64,000 nucleotides of DNA, taken from the NCBI RefSeq assembly GCF_032191835.1, contig NC_083243.1, positions 54,126,001 through 54,190,000 on the forward strand, written 5' to 3'. A program made the position numbers and the translations under genes. Of the stretch, positions 51,990-63,699 are shown piece after piece. The notes under the pieces are model-generated. The model ran no database searches. It was not told the origin of the DNA and saw nothing but the letters and a program-made list of their open reading frames with translations. The DNA is from Heteronotia binoei. Lineage: Eukaryota. Positions within the stretch are counted from its first letter, which is position 1. Every line of letters starts with the position of its first letter.

Positions 51990-52290
51990 GAGAGGAGGAG
52001 GAGAAGGGGATTAGATTTATCCCCCACCCTTTACTCGGAGTCTCAGAGTGACTTAAAATCTCCTTTCCCTTCCCCTCCCCACAACAGACACCCTGTGAGG
52101 TAAGAAGAGCTGAGAGAACTCTGACAGAAACTGTTCTTGAGAGAACAACTCTGAGAGAACTTGTTGCTGATTCAAGGTCACATCAGCAGGTGCATGCGGA
52201 GGATTGGGAAAGCAAGCCAAATTCTCTCAGATTAGAATCCATGCTCTTAACCACTATGGCTCTCAAGCTAGCACCAAACCGGCTTTCAAA
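51990..52290 (-). mobile_element. Older Squam3-related SINE
   Basis: Degenerate homology (cccacaacagacaccctgtgagg; cttaaccacta). Confidence 0.6.
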
Positions 52291-52916
52291 GTACACCAAA
52301 TGAGCAGTGCTTCCAAAGCACCTATAAATTAGTAGAATATTATAACAATTGCTACTGAAGCAATTTGTTATGTAGTTATATATGTATGCACGCATATGTA
52401 TAACATCTGAATATGTATACTTACTGTTGTTTCCTGCTGACAGAATAATAAAAAATAAAAAAGGTTTCTAGTCATCTTTTTCATCTAATTATGTTATCAT
52501 AACTTTCCTCCAAAGAACTCAAGGCAGCATATATAGTTTCCTTCTTTTTATCCCGGTGAATAGAGTATTTGGCCAAAGATCATTTTGCAAGTTTTATGGT
52601 TGAATGAGGATTTGAACCAGTTCTCCTGATCCAAGCACAGTGTTCTAACCACTGTACCACACTTGTTCTCATGGCTACATACCGTAATAATGCTTAAATT
52701 TAAAGTATACAAGTGAGGGCTGATAAAATCTCAAAAATCAGAAGGATCTGGGTAGGGTTTCTAATAGGGTTACCATGTCCTGTAAGCCGCCCTGAGCCTG
52801 CCTAGGCGGGGAGGGCGGGGTATAAATAAAAAATTATTATTATATTATTATTATTTAATTAATCAGGGCTGGGATTTACAATGCAAACCTTATCCTAAAC
52901 AAAGTTATATCAGTCT

Positions 52917-53110
52917 AAAGGTTGCCAGGTCCCAGGGATGGGAGGAGGTAGTCTTGCAGATTCAGGATGGGAAACTCCTGAGATTGGGAGCTGGAGCCTG
53001 GGGAGGACAGGGACCTCAGTGTGGTACAATGCCAGAGCGTCTACCTTCCAAACCATCCATTTTCTCCAGGGGAACTGCTGTCTATATTCTGGAGATGAAT
53101 GATAAGTCTA
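52917..53110. mobile_element. Degenerate TAGGGTTGCC-family hAT MITE
   Basis: ggttgccagg start; internal homology to 18474-18693. Confidence 0.55.
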
Positions 53111-54299
53111 GGCTTGCATGTATGCTTCAATTAAAATTAATATTTTCTCCAAAAGAGAATTAAACACTCCTACAATGCCCAGCCCAATTGCTGATGCGTC
53201 CAATGCAAAGTAGGCTTTAATGTCAGAAATTTCTAGAGTGTTCAGAAAGCCTTATTATATGTTGATTATCTGCATTTGTCTATATTGTGCTGAGAGTCAG
53301 TCTACTGTTAATCATAGATCTCTGCATTCTCTTGCTATGTCGTGAGTAAGGAAGAAGGAAGCCGAATGATCTTGGGATACTCTGAATTTCTAATGGGCCG
53401 GCCTAAATTCTGCTTTGCCCTTTCCCAACACTGCTAAACTCAAGCATTGCCTCCCCCCTCAACTTCCCTTCACAGAATTAACTTTTAAAACAAAAGCAAG
53501 ATAAAACTGGTGCTCCTCTCTGAATTCTGATTGAGGTTTGGGTTATGTTCTCTGCAACAAAATATAAACAAAAGAACAAAATTAAAAGATAACTTTGTCA
53601 GTGCTGTACTGAAGAATTTGGTGTCCTATACATATCAAATCAAAATGCTGAGGAGATGGCTAAGAAGTTTGTTCATGTTGGTCTGGGGATCAGTGAGGCT
53701 GACCAGAATCTGGACTGCTTGGAGGATGTTTAATAAGCAACTAACATTCCTACTTCTGCTAAGAAACTCAAGAGTTGCCCAAGATCACCCCAAACAAAGC
53801 CAAAGAGGATTTGAACTCTGATCTAGGTGTAGCTCTCTAGCCATAGAAGGAAAAACCCTAAAAAGTACTCTTTTTGTATATTCCTAACCATCATCTGATT
53901 CATGTGGACTTAACAAGGCTGGTAAAAGAGAAATAACTGGGGACCAATACATATTTCAGAACGGACTATGGGATATGAAAATCATCTCCGTGGTCTGAGT
54001 TTATTAATTTTGTTCTTTGGACTACATCTAATAGGCATCTCAATAATTCCCTCTGGCTAGAAAGTTAACGTCTGGAAAGGAAGGAACAAGAGTTCCCAGT
54101 AGCAATCCCACTTGCAACACTATGCCTTCTTCAGGGGGATTTCAATTTGTGTAAATGAGTGTTTTTAATTTGTCATACTATGCTTTATCTCTATTACCAT
54201 CTCATTTGATGTTAAACCCAGTTTCACCCTCCTGACTGAATTCCATTTGATACATTAGGAGTAATTCTCTTCCCAAGGGGTTAGACATTTTCTCTCAAC

Positions 54300-56400
54300 A
54301 TAAAAGTCGCTTATTTTGGATAAAGAGACGATTAGATTTATCTTTAATATTTTAATGGCAGTTGGGATTATTGGGTAGGCGGCCCCGGTTTCGTTTGCTG
54401 GTGAGGGATTAGACTCTAATAAACTCTTCAGATTGAGATTTTTTTCCCGTTTTGCACAAAGTACTTGTATTTATGATTTTTTTAAAAAAATCGCTTCTTT
54501 TTAAAGTCATAAATTCCATTTCCTGGTTCCTATTAGTATTAAATCAAGTTGATTACATCTGTAGTGACTATTTGCACATATATCTTTTTAATTTTAACAT
54601 GCACAGCATAAAATCTTTAATGGTGCAATTGAAGATGCCTGCAACATTCCTGTTAAAACAGATGGAAATGGATCCACTGGCAGAAAGTTAGAGGATACAG
54701 TGGAGGTATAGAAGAGGCAGACATAAATTATTTTTCAAACTGTTCCCTCAAGCCTTAGGGTAGATTCTTGTATTAGCCTTTTCCTCTGATAGAGAACATG
54801 AAGGGGCGTCGGGGGTTTTCTGCAATGTATAAATGACCACACAAATGTTTGTTCTGCTCCATGTATCAGGGTGCCAAAGTCGGGAAAAGCACAAAATATA
54901 AATAACTCCCATTGTTCTACATTGTTAGGATTGAAAGCTGAAGACAGAGAGATAAAGGTAGCACAATTTTATGTATTAATTTATTTATTGTCTGACTTCC
55001 TCACTGAGACTCGAGGTGGACTACAATGTAAAGCAATGCAATAATGAGCATTCACAAGCAGAGTCAAGTATGCCTCTATCAAACGATCACATGGGAGGGG
55101 TGTGAAGGGAGGTCACGATCTGTTTCTAGACCGAAGTAACACACGGTACGTCAACAACAGGGTTCTTTCACAAATGACGCTAATTCGGGAGTGGGACTTT
55201 TGTAGGGTGTGTTCAATGAGCGGGACAAGGTTAACATATCTCACAGGCGCACCTTTGAGTGCCTTGACTTTTCTCCTTTGAGAGTTCTGTGCGGGGAAAT
55301 AAAAACGGCAATGGTCTTCGCTGCCTGCCGGGACAAATTTTAGGAAATTAAAGGGCGGGCTAAACAGATCGTCTCTTTCGGTGTATTGGCGAAATGTTCT
55401 GAATCGCAAGGAGCGTCATGTGTCCTAGAGACATTTTCTTTAAAATGGCGCAATATGGCCCCAACAAGATTGCTGGGTTCCTGTATCTTAAAACGAGTAC
55501 AAGAGAAAAAAGGCAAGTGCCCTGAGGTCAAAAACTAACATGCCTTCACGGCCTCCGTCGGATTTTTTTTTTTTAAGGCTAATCGGAAACTTGGTAATAG
55601 AATAAAATGTCAGTAAAGTAGAAATCAATAAATGCTAATGCTCCGGGACTTTCACTGCCAGGTCAGCCTTCGTACCCCCTCCCGCTTGCTCCTCTGCATG
55701 CCCCCCTTCCCGTCCTCCCTCCTCATCCTGCCCCTTTGATTTCAGTCCCTTCTCTAATCCCCACCTCATCAACTCTCGGGAAGGGTTGATCTGCAGCAGA
55801 AAATCCCTCATTCGGGACAAAATCAGCTTAATTTGCAGCAATTTGTAGCAGGTCTTTGCTGGGATTTGAGTCTCAAATTATCCTTGCGGGCGGGGGCGAC
55901 CGGCCGTGCAATATGGGCCGCGATTTCCCTAGTCCTCTCTGTTTGCAGAGATTTGTCTGGGGAATAATTACAGCTGCTCCGCCGCTCGGGTCTCTTCCCT
56001 GGGCTCCACCCGCCCCTCAACCCAACGGCAGGGCCTGGCACAGGGTTAGTAGCCAAACACGGAGACACTCGGATTAGCAGCATTAACCGCCGCAAATGCA
56101 AAGCAACAATTAATCATTTGCTGGAAAATACAAATGACTGGGGACCTCCTCGGGCTGGAGGACGGAGCAGGGGTGGGATGGAGAGCAGCGGGAAGTAGGC
56201 TGGCGGTCCGTGCCCGGTTCATAATAGAGCAGCAGCGAGGAAAGGGAAGCAGGAAGAGCTGGGAACCTCTGGCCTCTAGGCTGCAGATCACAGGCAGGCG
56301 ACTTCCGTTTATTGTTAATTACAACCAAATGTTCCTCTGTTGATGAGACATCACTCCACACCCCTAGATAAAACATCCCAAGAAAGCCTCCCACAGTGGC
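54300..56400. promoter_or_regulatory. Candidate distal VSX2 enhancer cluster (CpG-rich; OTX/CRX GGATTA and POU-like motifs)
   Basis: Non-repetitive CpG-rich block; GGATTA at 54365, 54406 and 56071; ATGCAAAG at 56096 and AATTAATCAT nearby. Confidence 0.55.
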
Positions 56401-57769
56401 TGCGGATAACTCTGTAGTGCCTAAAAACGGACCTCGAGTAGAGTTGCCAGCTGCGGTTTGGAAAGTACCTGGAGATTTTGAGGGTGGGATTTGGGAAGAG
56501 GAGGGACTTCATCAACAGAAATAATGTCATAGACCAGGCGTGGCCAAACTGTGGTTTGGGAGCCACGCGTGGCTCTTTCACAAGTATTGCGTGGCTCCCA
56601 GAGGTCAAGGAGGAATTTAATACAGGCTTACTCTCAAATAAGGATGCTTATCATTGAGACCTCAGTCAGCCTATGAGCGCTGAGCTAGGGTCCGCAGGGG
56701 AGGAGGCCCTTTAAATTGTGCAGGAGGCTGGTGACTGCTCCTGCCACCCCTCCTGCATAATTTAGACCCCACCAATCAGCTATAAATGGCATGGGAGGGG
56801 CAGCAGCTGCACCTGGATTCCCCCCCCCCTGTGATTTAAATCATGCAGGAGGGAGTTTATTATGTTTAAGTTGATTAGATTTATATCCTGCCCTCCCTGC
56901 TGGAGCAGGAGGCAGCAGACTGGGGATGAGGGCCCCCCAAACTCTCAGGGGGCCAGGCCCTGTGGGCCCCTGCTTAACTACCAGCATGGCACTGACCCAT
57001 AGGTAAGCGACTATTTCCACTGTGTGTGAACTGGGGAAGGATAGGGAAATAGACAGGCCTGTAAGTTATTCTCCTTCATCACAGAGGTTGCCTGGAGACC
57101 TAGAGCAGGGAAAGTGCACAACAGCTGAGGGAGCCACTGGTAGGGTGACTGAATTAAAGAAGCAGGCAATGGCAAACCACCTCTGAATCATCTATTGCCT
57201 AAAAACAAGTCTAGCTCACCACCTAGTGGTGCATAATGCTAAAGAGCTAGAACTTCTGGCTGCCAGACAATCCTAGGATCTCCTGGCTGTAGTACGCACA
57301 ATGCCATAAGATAATTATTATTACTTATTAGGTAAAATATACATCAGGTCCTCTGAATTCCCAGCTTGTTTTTTTTTAAAGTAAGACTCTAGCAGCCCAT
57401 AAAAACTTGGAATTCAGGTAACCTGATGCATATCTTTGGTATGCATCTACAAGAATGCTCTCCTAAACAATTCTGTTTTATACATTTTGCAAAATAATAG
57501 AAGTGAGGAATGTGGGCGCCTTCTTAATAGCCTCAGGCAGACCATTTCATAATATGGGAGCCACCATAGAGAATATGCACAAAGGGGAAATAGACAATTT
57601 CCCTGTTTGCAGAGTGGCACCTCAAGATGGTGAAGCTGCCACAGGAAAATGTAGCAGCAGAGGTGGTCCTGCAGGTAGATAGATCCAATGCTGTAAAGGG
57701 ATCTGTAGGTGACAGAACTCTAAATTGAGTGAGGTACCTGACCTGCAACCAATGGACTGGCTTCAGAAT

Positions 57770-58800
57770 GGCAATGATACGCAGATTCTGCTTAACACCT
57801 AATAGTAGCAAGATCACAGCATTTTATTGGCTTTAAGAGAAGACCCATGTACAGTGCATTACAATAGTCTAGTCCCAAGTTAACCGCAGCTTGGATCCAC
57901 GTGGCCAGGTCAGCTGAGTCAAGATAGGTGGCCATCTTCTAAACCAAGTGAAGTTGGTAGAATGCCATCAGGTTTCTTCTCCAGCAATAAAGAACATAGA
58001 GAAGCCATGTTGGATAAGACCAGTGGTCCATCCAGTCCAACACACAGTGACCGAAAACCAGGATAAAGAGCCCTAACCTCTTTAACCTTTCTTCGTAGGG
58101 AAAGTGGTTTCTTCATAGGGAAAGTGTTCCTTCCAAAATTACACTTATGTTCTTAACCAAGGCAGTGAGAAACCACTGGATCCCATCAAAAGTGGGAAGC
58201 CTCATGTCCTTCAGGGCTTCAGCTTTCCCAGTCAGCATTATTTCTGTCTTGTCATGATTCAGTTTCAGCGTGTTCAACTACAACACTCAGACATTGGTTC
58301 AAAGACTCCATAGCTTCACCAGGAAATCTGGATAAAGAAATGTGACTTGGAGCAATCTGGGTAAAGAAATGTAACAATTTCTCCCAAGGGCTTTACATAG
58401 CATGGGGGACAAGACTGAACCTTGTGGAACTCCACTGCAAAAAAACACTGTAAAATTTTGTCACCTTCAGCAGCCTTCTGAGTTCCAAAGCATACCCTGA
58501 ACCCCAACTTCTACCTCCAAATGTCTCAGCAGGGTGGCACAGGCCACTGTGTCAAACACTGCAGATGAGTCTAGCAAAAGCGGCATAGCCTTTGTCTACA
58601 TTCAGATGGACATTATCTACTAGGGCTATCAGTGCCATCTCCATTCCATAGGCTAGTCTGAAAACAGACTAAAAAGGGTCTAGGACAGAATATCCAGAAA
58701 AGCCCAAAGTTTCTCTACAACTGCTTTTTCTATCATTTTGCCCAGGATGGGCAAATAAGAGACCAGCTGATAGCTGGCCACATAATTTTTCTCTGTCAGT
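57770..58800 (-). mobile_element. Degenerate L2 LINE (RT region)
   Basis: Minus-strand remnants of DLSAAFDTV-like, GVPQGS-like and KPLGEI motifs. Confidence 0.65.
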
Positions 58801-59770
58801 GGTTTTTAAAATAACACCTAAGTGACTGCCTATTTTAGGTCACAAGGAGAGATGCCCTGAGTCAGTGATTGGTTTAGATGTGTATACAGGCTGGGTTGTA
58901 ATATTATTTGATCATCCACTCTCTGTTGCTTATTGACTCCATTACACCAACTTGAAGATAAGCTGTGTTGTATGATAAAGGGTGTGCTTATGTTGACTGG
59001 GAAAAAAAGAGTGCATATAGAGAAATCTGCAAGCGCAAATTGCAAGTTTCTAAGTCAAGCAAGTGAGGACAGCTGGACAAATCAATCCACCAATTTAAAA
59101 ATGCCCTTTGATTCCTTTTGGTGTTCTCTTTCTGTGACCTCATGCTTTACAGACTTTAATTTATGCATCCATTTAACAATATAACATGATTATTCCAAGA
59201 TGTGAAAGAGCACTTAAATGATGACAATTTGTGTAAAACCAACTGTGTAGTTTTCAGGTGTGAAACCAACAGCACTAGAAGCCAGCCAGGTGACCATGAA
59301 CCAGTCACAGTTTTTTCAGAGCTCTCTCAACCCCTAAAAACAAGTCTAGCTCACCAGTAGCATGACACTAAGAGCAAAAACTTGCGGCTACCAATTAATC
59401 CTTGGATCTCCTTGTTATTCTACACAGTGCCATACAATAATTAATTAATTAATTAATTAGCATTAGAACTGCAACTATAGACAATACGTCAATGTGCCTT
59501 CTCTACAATACAATGCAAAATTTTACATGATTGTTATGAGGATTATGCTATCAGATGCAGAATTTGAATCTGTAACCCAGTTCCCATTTCACAGATTACC
59601 TAAGATCCTTCTATTCACAATGAAACTGTCCATAGCCTATATCACTAGTATGACAGGTTGTTTCTATCAACTGAGCGGGATCCACACAGCCTTCTATGAT
59701 TTGGGGGGAACCACAATTATTTTAAACTATAAACCTTCCCCTCAGTTACCAGGTGTTCAATAGTGAGTGG

Positions 59771-59983
59771 GAGGGTTGCCAACTTCCAGGTGGGGCCTGG
59801 AGATCTCCTGCTCGGCCACTCCCCTGGAGAGGATCAGCAAAGATCAGCTCCCCTGGATAAAATGGCTGCTTTGAAGGGTGGGCTCTATGGCACTGTATCA
59901 TGCTGAGGCCCCTCCCCTCCCCAAATCCCACCCTCTCCTGCCTCCACCCCCAAAGTCTCCAGGTATGTTCCAATACAACCCTA
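59771..59983. mobile_element. TAGGGTTGCC-family hAT MITE
   Basis: gagggttgccaac...acaacccta; reverse orientation of 18474-18693. Confidence 0.7.
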
Positions 59984-60314
59984 GAATATAGGCTTCGGGT
60001 TCACTGCTGTGAAGTAAGTTTTGTGATACTGAACAAGTAGAATATGGAGGTCACTGAGGCAAGGAATTATATATTAACAACCAAGATATATTTATTTACA
60101 AGTAGGTTTCCAGGTACAAATCAGCAGCACAGAACTCCAGACAGACATCATCATCTATGAGATTATCAACATGTCAAAGTATTAAAGAGAAATTGCTTCA
60201 AAATGATGTATAGGTGTTATCAAAGATTTCAAGTTTTCACGGCTAGTAACATCATTAGGGTTTGTAGAATCTTTCGGGCTCAAGTGCCGTGTTCTACTGG
60301 AGAAAGTTTTCCTT

Positions 60315-60355
60315 CCAGACGTTTCGTTCTCAGCTGCGGAGAACATCCTCAGTGG
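60315..60355 (-). ncRNA. Minimal type I hammerhead ribozyme motif (inverted identical copy)
   Basis: Exact reverse complement of 60438-60478. Confidence 0.75.
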
Positions 60356-60437
60356 TTTTGCAGCCGGAGCAAGCGCTCTGACCTTGGCTGAAGCAGGCTC
60401 AGCCAAGAAGGTCAGAGCGCCTGCTCCGGCTGCAATG

Positions 60438-60478
60438 CCACTGAGGATGTTCTCCGCAGCTGAGAACGAAACGTCTGG
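60438..60478 (+). ncRNA. Minimal type I hammerhead ribozyme motif
   Basis: CCA-CUGAGGA-U-GUUCUC(CGCAGCU)GAGAAC-GAAA-CGUC-UGG: core boxes, 6-bp stem II, 3-bp stem I, palindromic ACGU in place of stem III, GUC cleavage triplet. Confidence 0.75.
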
Positions 60479-61334
60479 AAGGAAAACTCTCCAGTAGAAC
60501 ACGGCACTTGAGCCCGAAAGATTCTACAAACCCTAATGATGTATAGGTGGTATATGACTCCTAAAAAACTGGCAAAGATGAGTAAAAAGATGTCAGATAG
60601 ATGTTGGAAATGTAAGAAACATGAAGGTTCTTTGTATCATATGTGGTGGACTTGTGGAAGAGCGAAAAAGTTCTGGCAGATGATACAACAAGAAATATCT
60701 AAGATTCTGGGATATGACTTTAAGAAAGTTGCAGAGACTTTTCTGTTGGGATTACAAATGGAAAAATTTCCAAAAGAAGATAGAACTTTAATTTGGTACT
60801 TGCTCTCAGCTGCTAGGACATTGTATGCGCAGTTGTGGAAGCAAGAAAAAATACCAGAGAAATGGGATTGGATCGTGAAAGTTTTATCGTGGAGTGAGAT
60901 GGATAAACTAACGAGAACTCTATGATTTGGGAGTGTTTAAAAGGGAGTGGAAGAAATTTAGAGGATATGTAGAGAAAGAATGGAACGTAAAAAGACATTG
61001 GACAATTTTTTAATAATGAGTATTAGAAAAAGGAAGAATATGAATTTAGATTGTTATAGTTAAAGGTATCTTTATAAGTGAACTTTAAGTATATAACTTC
61101 GGCGGGAGTCTAGTAACAGAGGGAGGGGGGATTAGAAAATATCATATGGGTCAGGGATAGTAGTGATATAAATAGATATTGTTACCATATGTTATCAATA
61201 AAATTGTGTTTTACCGGAAAAAAAAACTCCAGACAGACAAAAGGGAAACTTGGCTGAGGCACATTAGAGAGTAGTTTCAGTTTCTGTAATACTTTCAAGC
61301 ACTTTTTTGTAGCAGGAACTCCTTTGCATATTAG

Positions 61335-61614
61335 GAGCCAGTTTGGTGTAGTGGTTAAGTGTGCGGACTCTTATCTGGGAGAACCGGGTTTGATTCCCCA
61401 CTCCTCCACTTTCACCTGCTAGCATGGCCTTGGGTCAGCCACAGCTCTGACAGAGGTTGTCCTTGAAAGGGCAGCTGCTGTGAGAGCCCTCTCCAGCCCC
61501 ACCCACCTCACAGGGTGTCTGTTGTGGGGGAGGAAGGTAAAGGAGATTGTGAGCCGCTCTGAGACTCTTCGGAGTGGAGGGCGGGATATAAATCCAATAT
61601 CTTCTTCTTCTTCT
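61335..61614 (+). mobile_element. Squam3-like SINE nested in the MITE
   Basis: Complete head (gagccagtttggtgtagtggttaag) to (ctt)n tail. Confidence 0.88.
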
Positions 61615-61702
61615 ACCCTTGCTGTAGCCAATCCTCCTGGAGCTTACAGTAGGCCCTGTACTAAGAGCCCTGTAAGCTCTTGGAGGATTGGCTGCATCAG
61701 GG

Positions 61703-62209
61703 TAGGGTTGCCAAGTCCAATTCAAGAAATATCTGGGGACTTTGGGGGTGGAGCCAGGAAACATTAGGGGTGGAGCCAAGATCAAGGCTGTGACAAGCAT
61801 AATTGAACTCCAAAGGGAGTTCTGGCCATCACATTTAAAGGGACGGCACACCTTTTCAATTCCTTCCTTCCATAGGAAATAATGAAGGATAGGGGCACCT
61901 TCTTTTGGGGCACATAGAATTGGACCTCCTGGTCCAATCTTTTTGAAACTTGGGGGGTATTTTGGGGAGAGGCACTAGATGCTGTACAGAAAAATTGGTA
62001 CCTCTACCCCAAAAAACAGCCCCCCAGAGCCCCAGATACCCGCAGATCAATTCTCCATGATTTTCTATGGGAATAAATCTCCATAGGGAATAATAGAGTT
62101 CCCAGCAGACATTTCCCTCCCCTCCCCCCACTTTCTGACGACCCTGAAGCGGGGGGAGGGTCTCCAACCTGGGGGATCCCCTGCCCCCACCTGGGGATTG
62201 GCAACCCTA
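61703..62209. mobile_element. TAGGGTTGCC-family hAT element nested in the MITE
   Basis: Perfect TIR tagggttgccaa / ttggcaacccta; 8-bp TSD catcaggg. Confidence 0.92.
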
Positions 62210-62581
62210 CATCAGGGGTGTGTTGCCTAATATGCAAAGGAGTTCCTGCTACAAAAAAAGCCCTGCTTTCAAGCATAAACAGGTTTTTACCAATTAGCTT
62301 CTAGGCTGGATCCTAACACATACACAGGATTCCATCCACCCACATTAGCCTGCCCTTTCCTAAGAGTTAGACTAAATGGCACAAAGTCTCATTGCCAGAG
62401 ACAGGCTTAACAACTGGATACTCTATTTTCTGTCAGATGCAGAGCCAAACCACTCTGCCATACTACCAAGGTCTACACACTACCGCACTGTCTGCTGTTT
62501 TCCTGAGCCAGACCTAAGCTCTCACTGCTTTCTCCCTGAGGCAGAACTGAACACCTGTGCTTCCCTCCAACATTCCATCGG

Positions 62582-62956
62582 TAGGGTTGCCAGGTCCTAC
62601 CTGCCTGCCAATGGGGGGATCCTGGTGCTGCTCTGGGTGTCTTCTGATGTGTGCGCTTTCTGCCTGCAGCACGATGATGTCACTTGGAAGTGATATAATC
62701 ATGTCACTGACATTCATGCAACGCTCTAGGTTTGAGGCAAAAGCTTTTATTTTTTTTGCTACAAAACCAAAGTGTCACCATGCAATGTTAGCAACGCGAT
62801 GATGTTGCTTCCAAGTGACATCATCATATCAGGGACATCATGCCACAACGTCCCTGTTTGGGGGTGAGGTTTCCCACACTGCCAGCTGGAGGGTGGTAGG
62901 TTGGAGCCCCCCAGACTGGGGGATCCCCTGGGCAGACCAGGGATCTGGCAACCCTA
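62582..62956. mobile_element. TAGGGTTGCC-family hAT element
   Basis: TIR tagggttgccag / ctggcaacccta; no TSD recognised. Confidence 0.75.
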
Positions 62957-63699
62957 TATTGTCCTTCTCAAAGGTGGCTGCTGGAGCAGCACTCTCGTAA
63001 GCTCATGACTGGCTGTTTTCCACTTCAGTGGCAGGACAGCCTTCTGTCTGTTATACCTGCACCACTGAAAAGAAATAATGCTAAGTACATTCCACCAAGG
63101 TCAGCATATTCATGGTCCTGAAATCCAGGCAGCCTATTTTGCATTGTATGCAAATCGTTTCACAGTATATAAATAATTAAGTATTTTTGCATTGTTTCCC
63201 AGCTTCTTAGTGTTTGCTCCTGGCAACAACTACAAACAGTTGAGGAAAAGGGATCTTATGTGTGACTATTTGTTCATCTTGCACTTTATCCAGTGGACAA
63301 AAGGGCAATTGCTCAGAGCCAATCACCTTCATGGACCATTATGCACACATAACTGAGAAATAAGTACTGTACACATAACATATTGATAGAGGGGAAGCAA
63401 AATCAAGTGTGCCTCTTCTTACATGTATGTTATTGAACATGGGTCCATGTTCATGGCTAGGAACACTGGAACTGCAGTATTCCTGCTCCTGAGGATAGCT
63501 TCTGAATGTGTGAATGTAAGAGTGAAATGGGACCAAGTCATTAATGCATTATGTTCTGTTCTGTTCTATTCCATCCATTCCACTTTCTATGTACTGTTCT
63601 ATGTTCTATTGTCTGTCCACAAGTATTAGGGTCCATGAGCCCATGGGAGTTAATCTATCCAGCTCCCCAAATTTAGAGCCTTATCTGCTCATAACAGTA

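Larger units (their letters stand above)
60217..60534 (-). mobile_element. Penelope-like insertion: 3' terminus plus inverted partial copy (fold-back)
   Basis: Interrupts the L1 reading frame; 15-bp TSD aatgatgtataggtg (60202-60216, 60535-60549); 294-bp inverted repeat. Confidence 0.8.
60148..61224 (+). mobile_element. 5'-truncated L1, related to the 45776-51453 element, with poly(A) tail
   Basis: 15-bp TSD aactccagacagaca (60133-60147, 61225-61239); ORF2 C-terminus with intact RCWKCKKHEGSLYHMWWTC knuckle. Confidence 0.92.
61300..62265. mobile_element. Palindromic hAT MITE hosting two nested insertions
   Basis: 8-bp TSD ctttcaag (61292-61299, 62266-62273); removing the inserts restores the 37051-37234 family sequence. 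Confidence 0.85.

Noticed and set aside
60182-60502. ORFs across the palindrome (60182..60502 minus, 60203..60391 plus)
   Set aside because: By-products of the inverted repeat and flanking L1; no protein similarity recognised.
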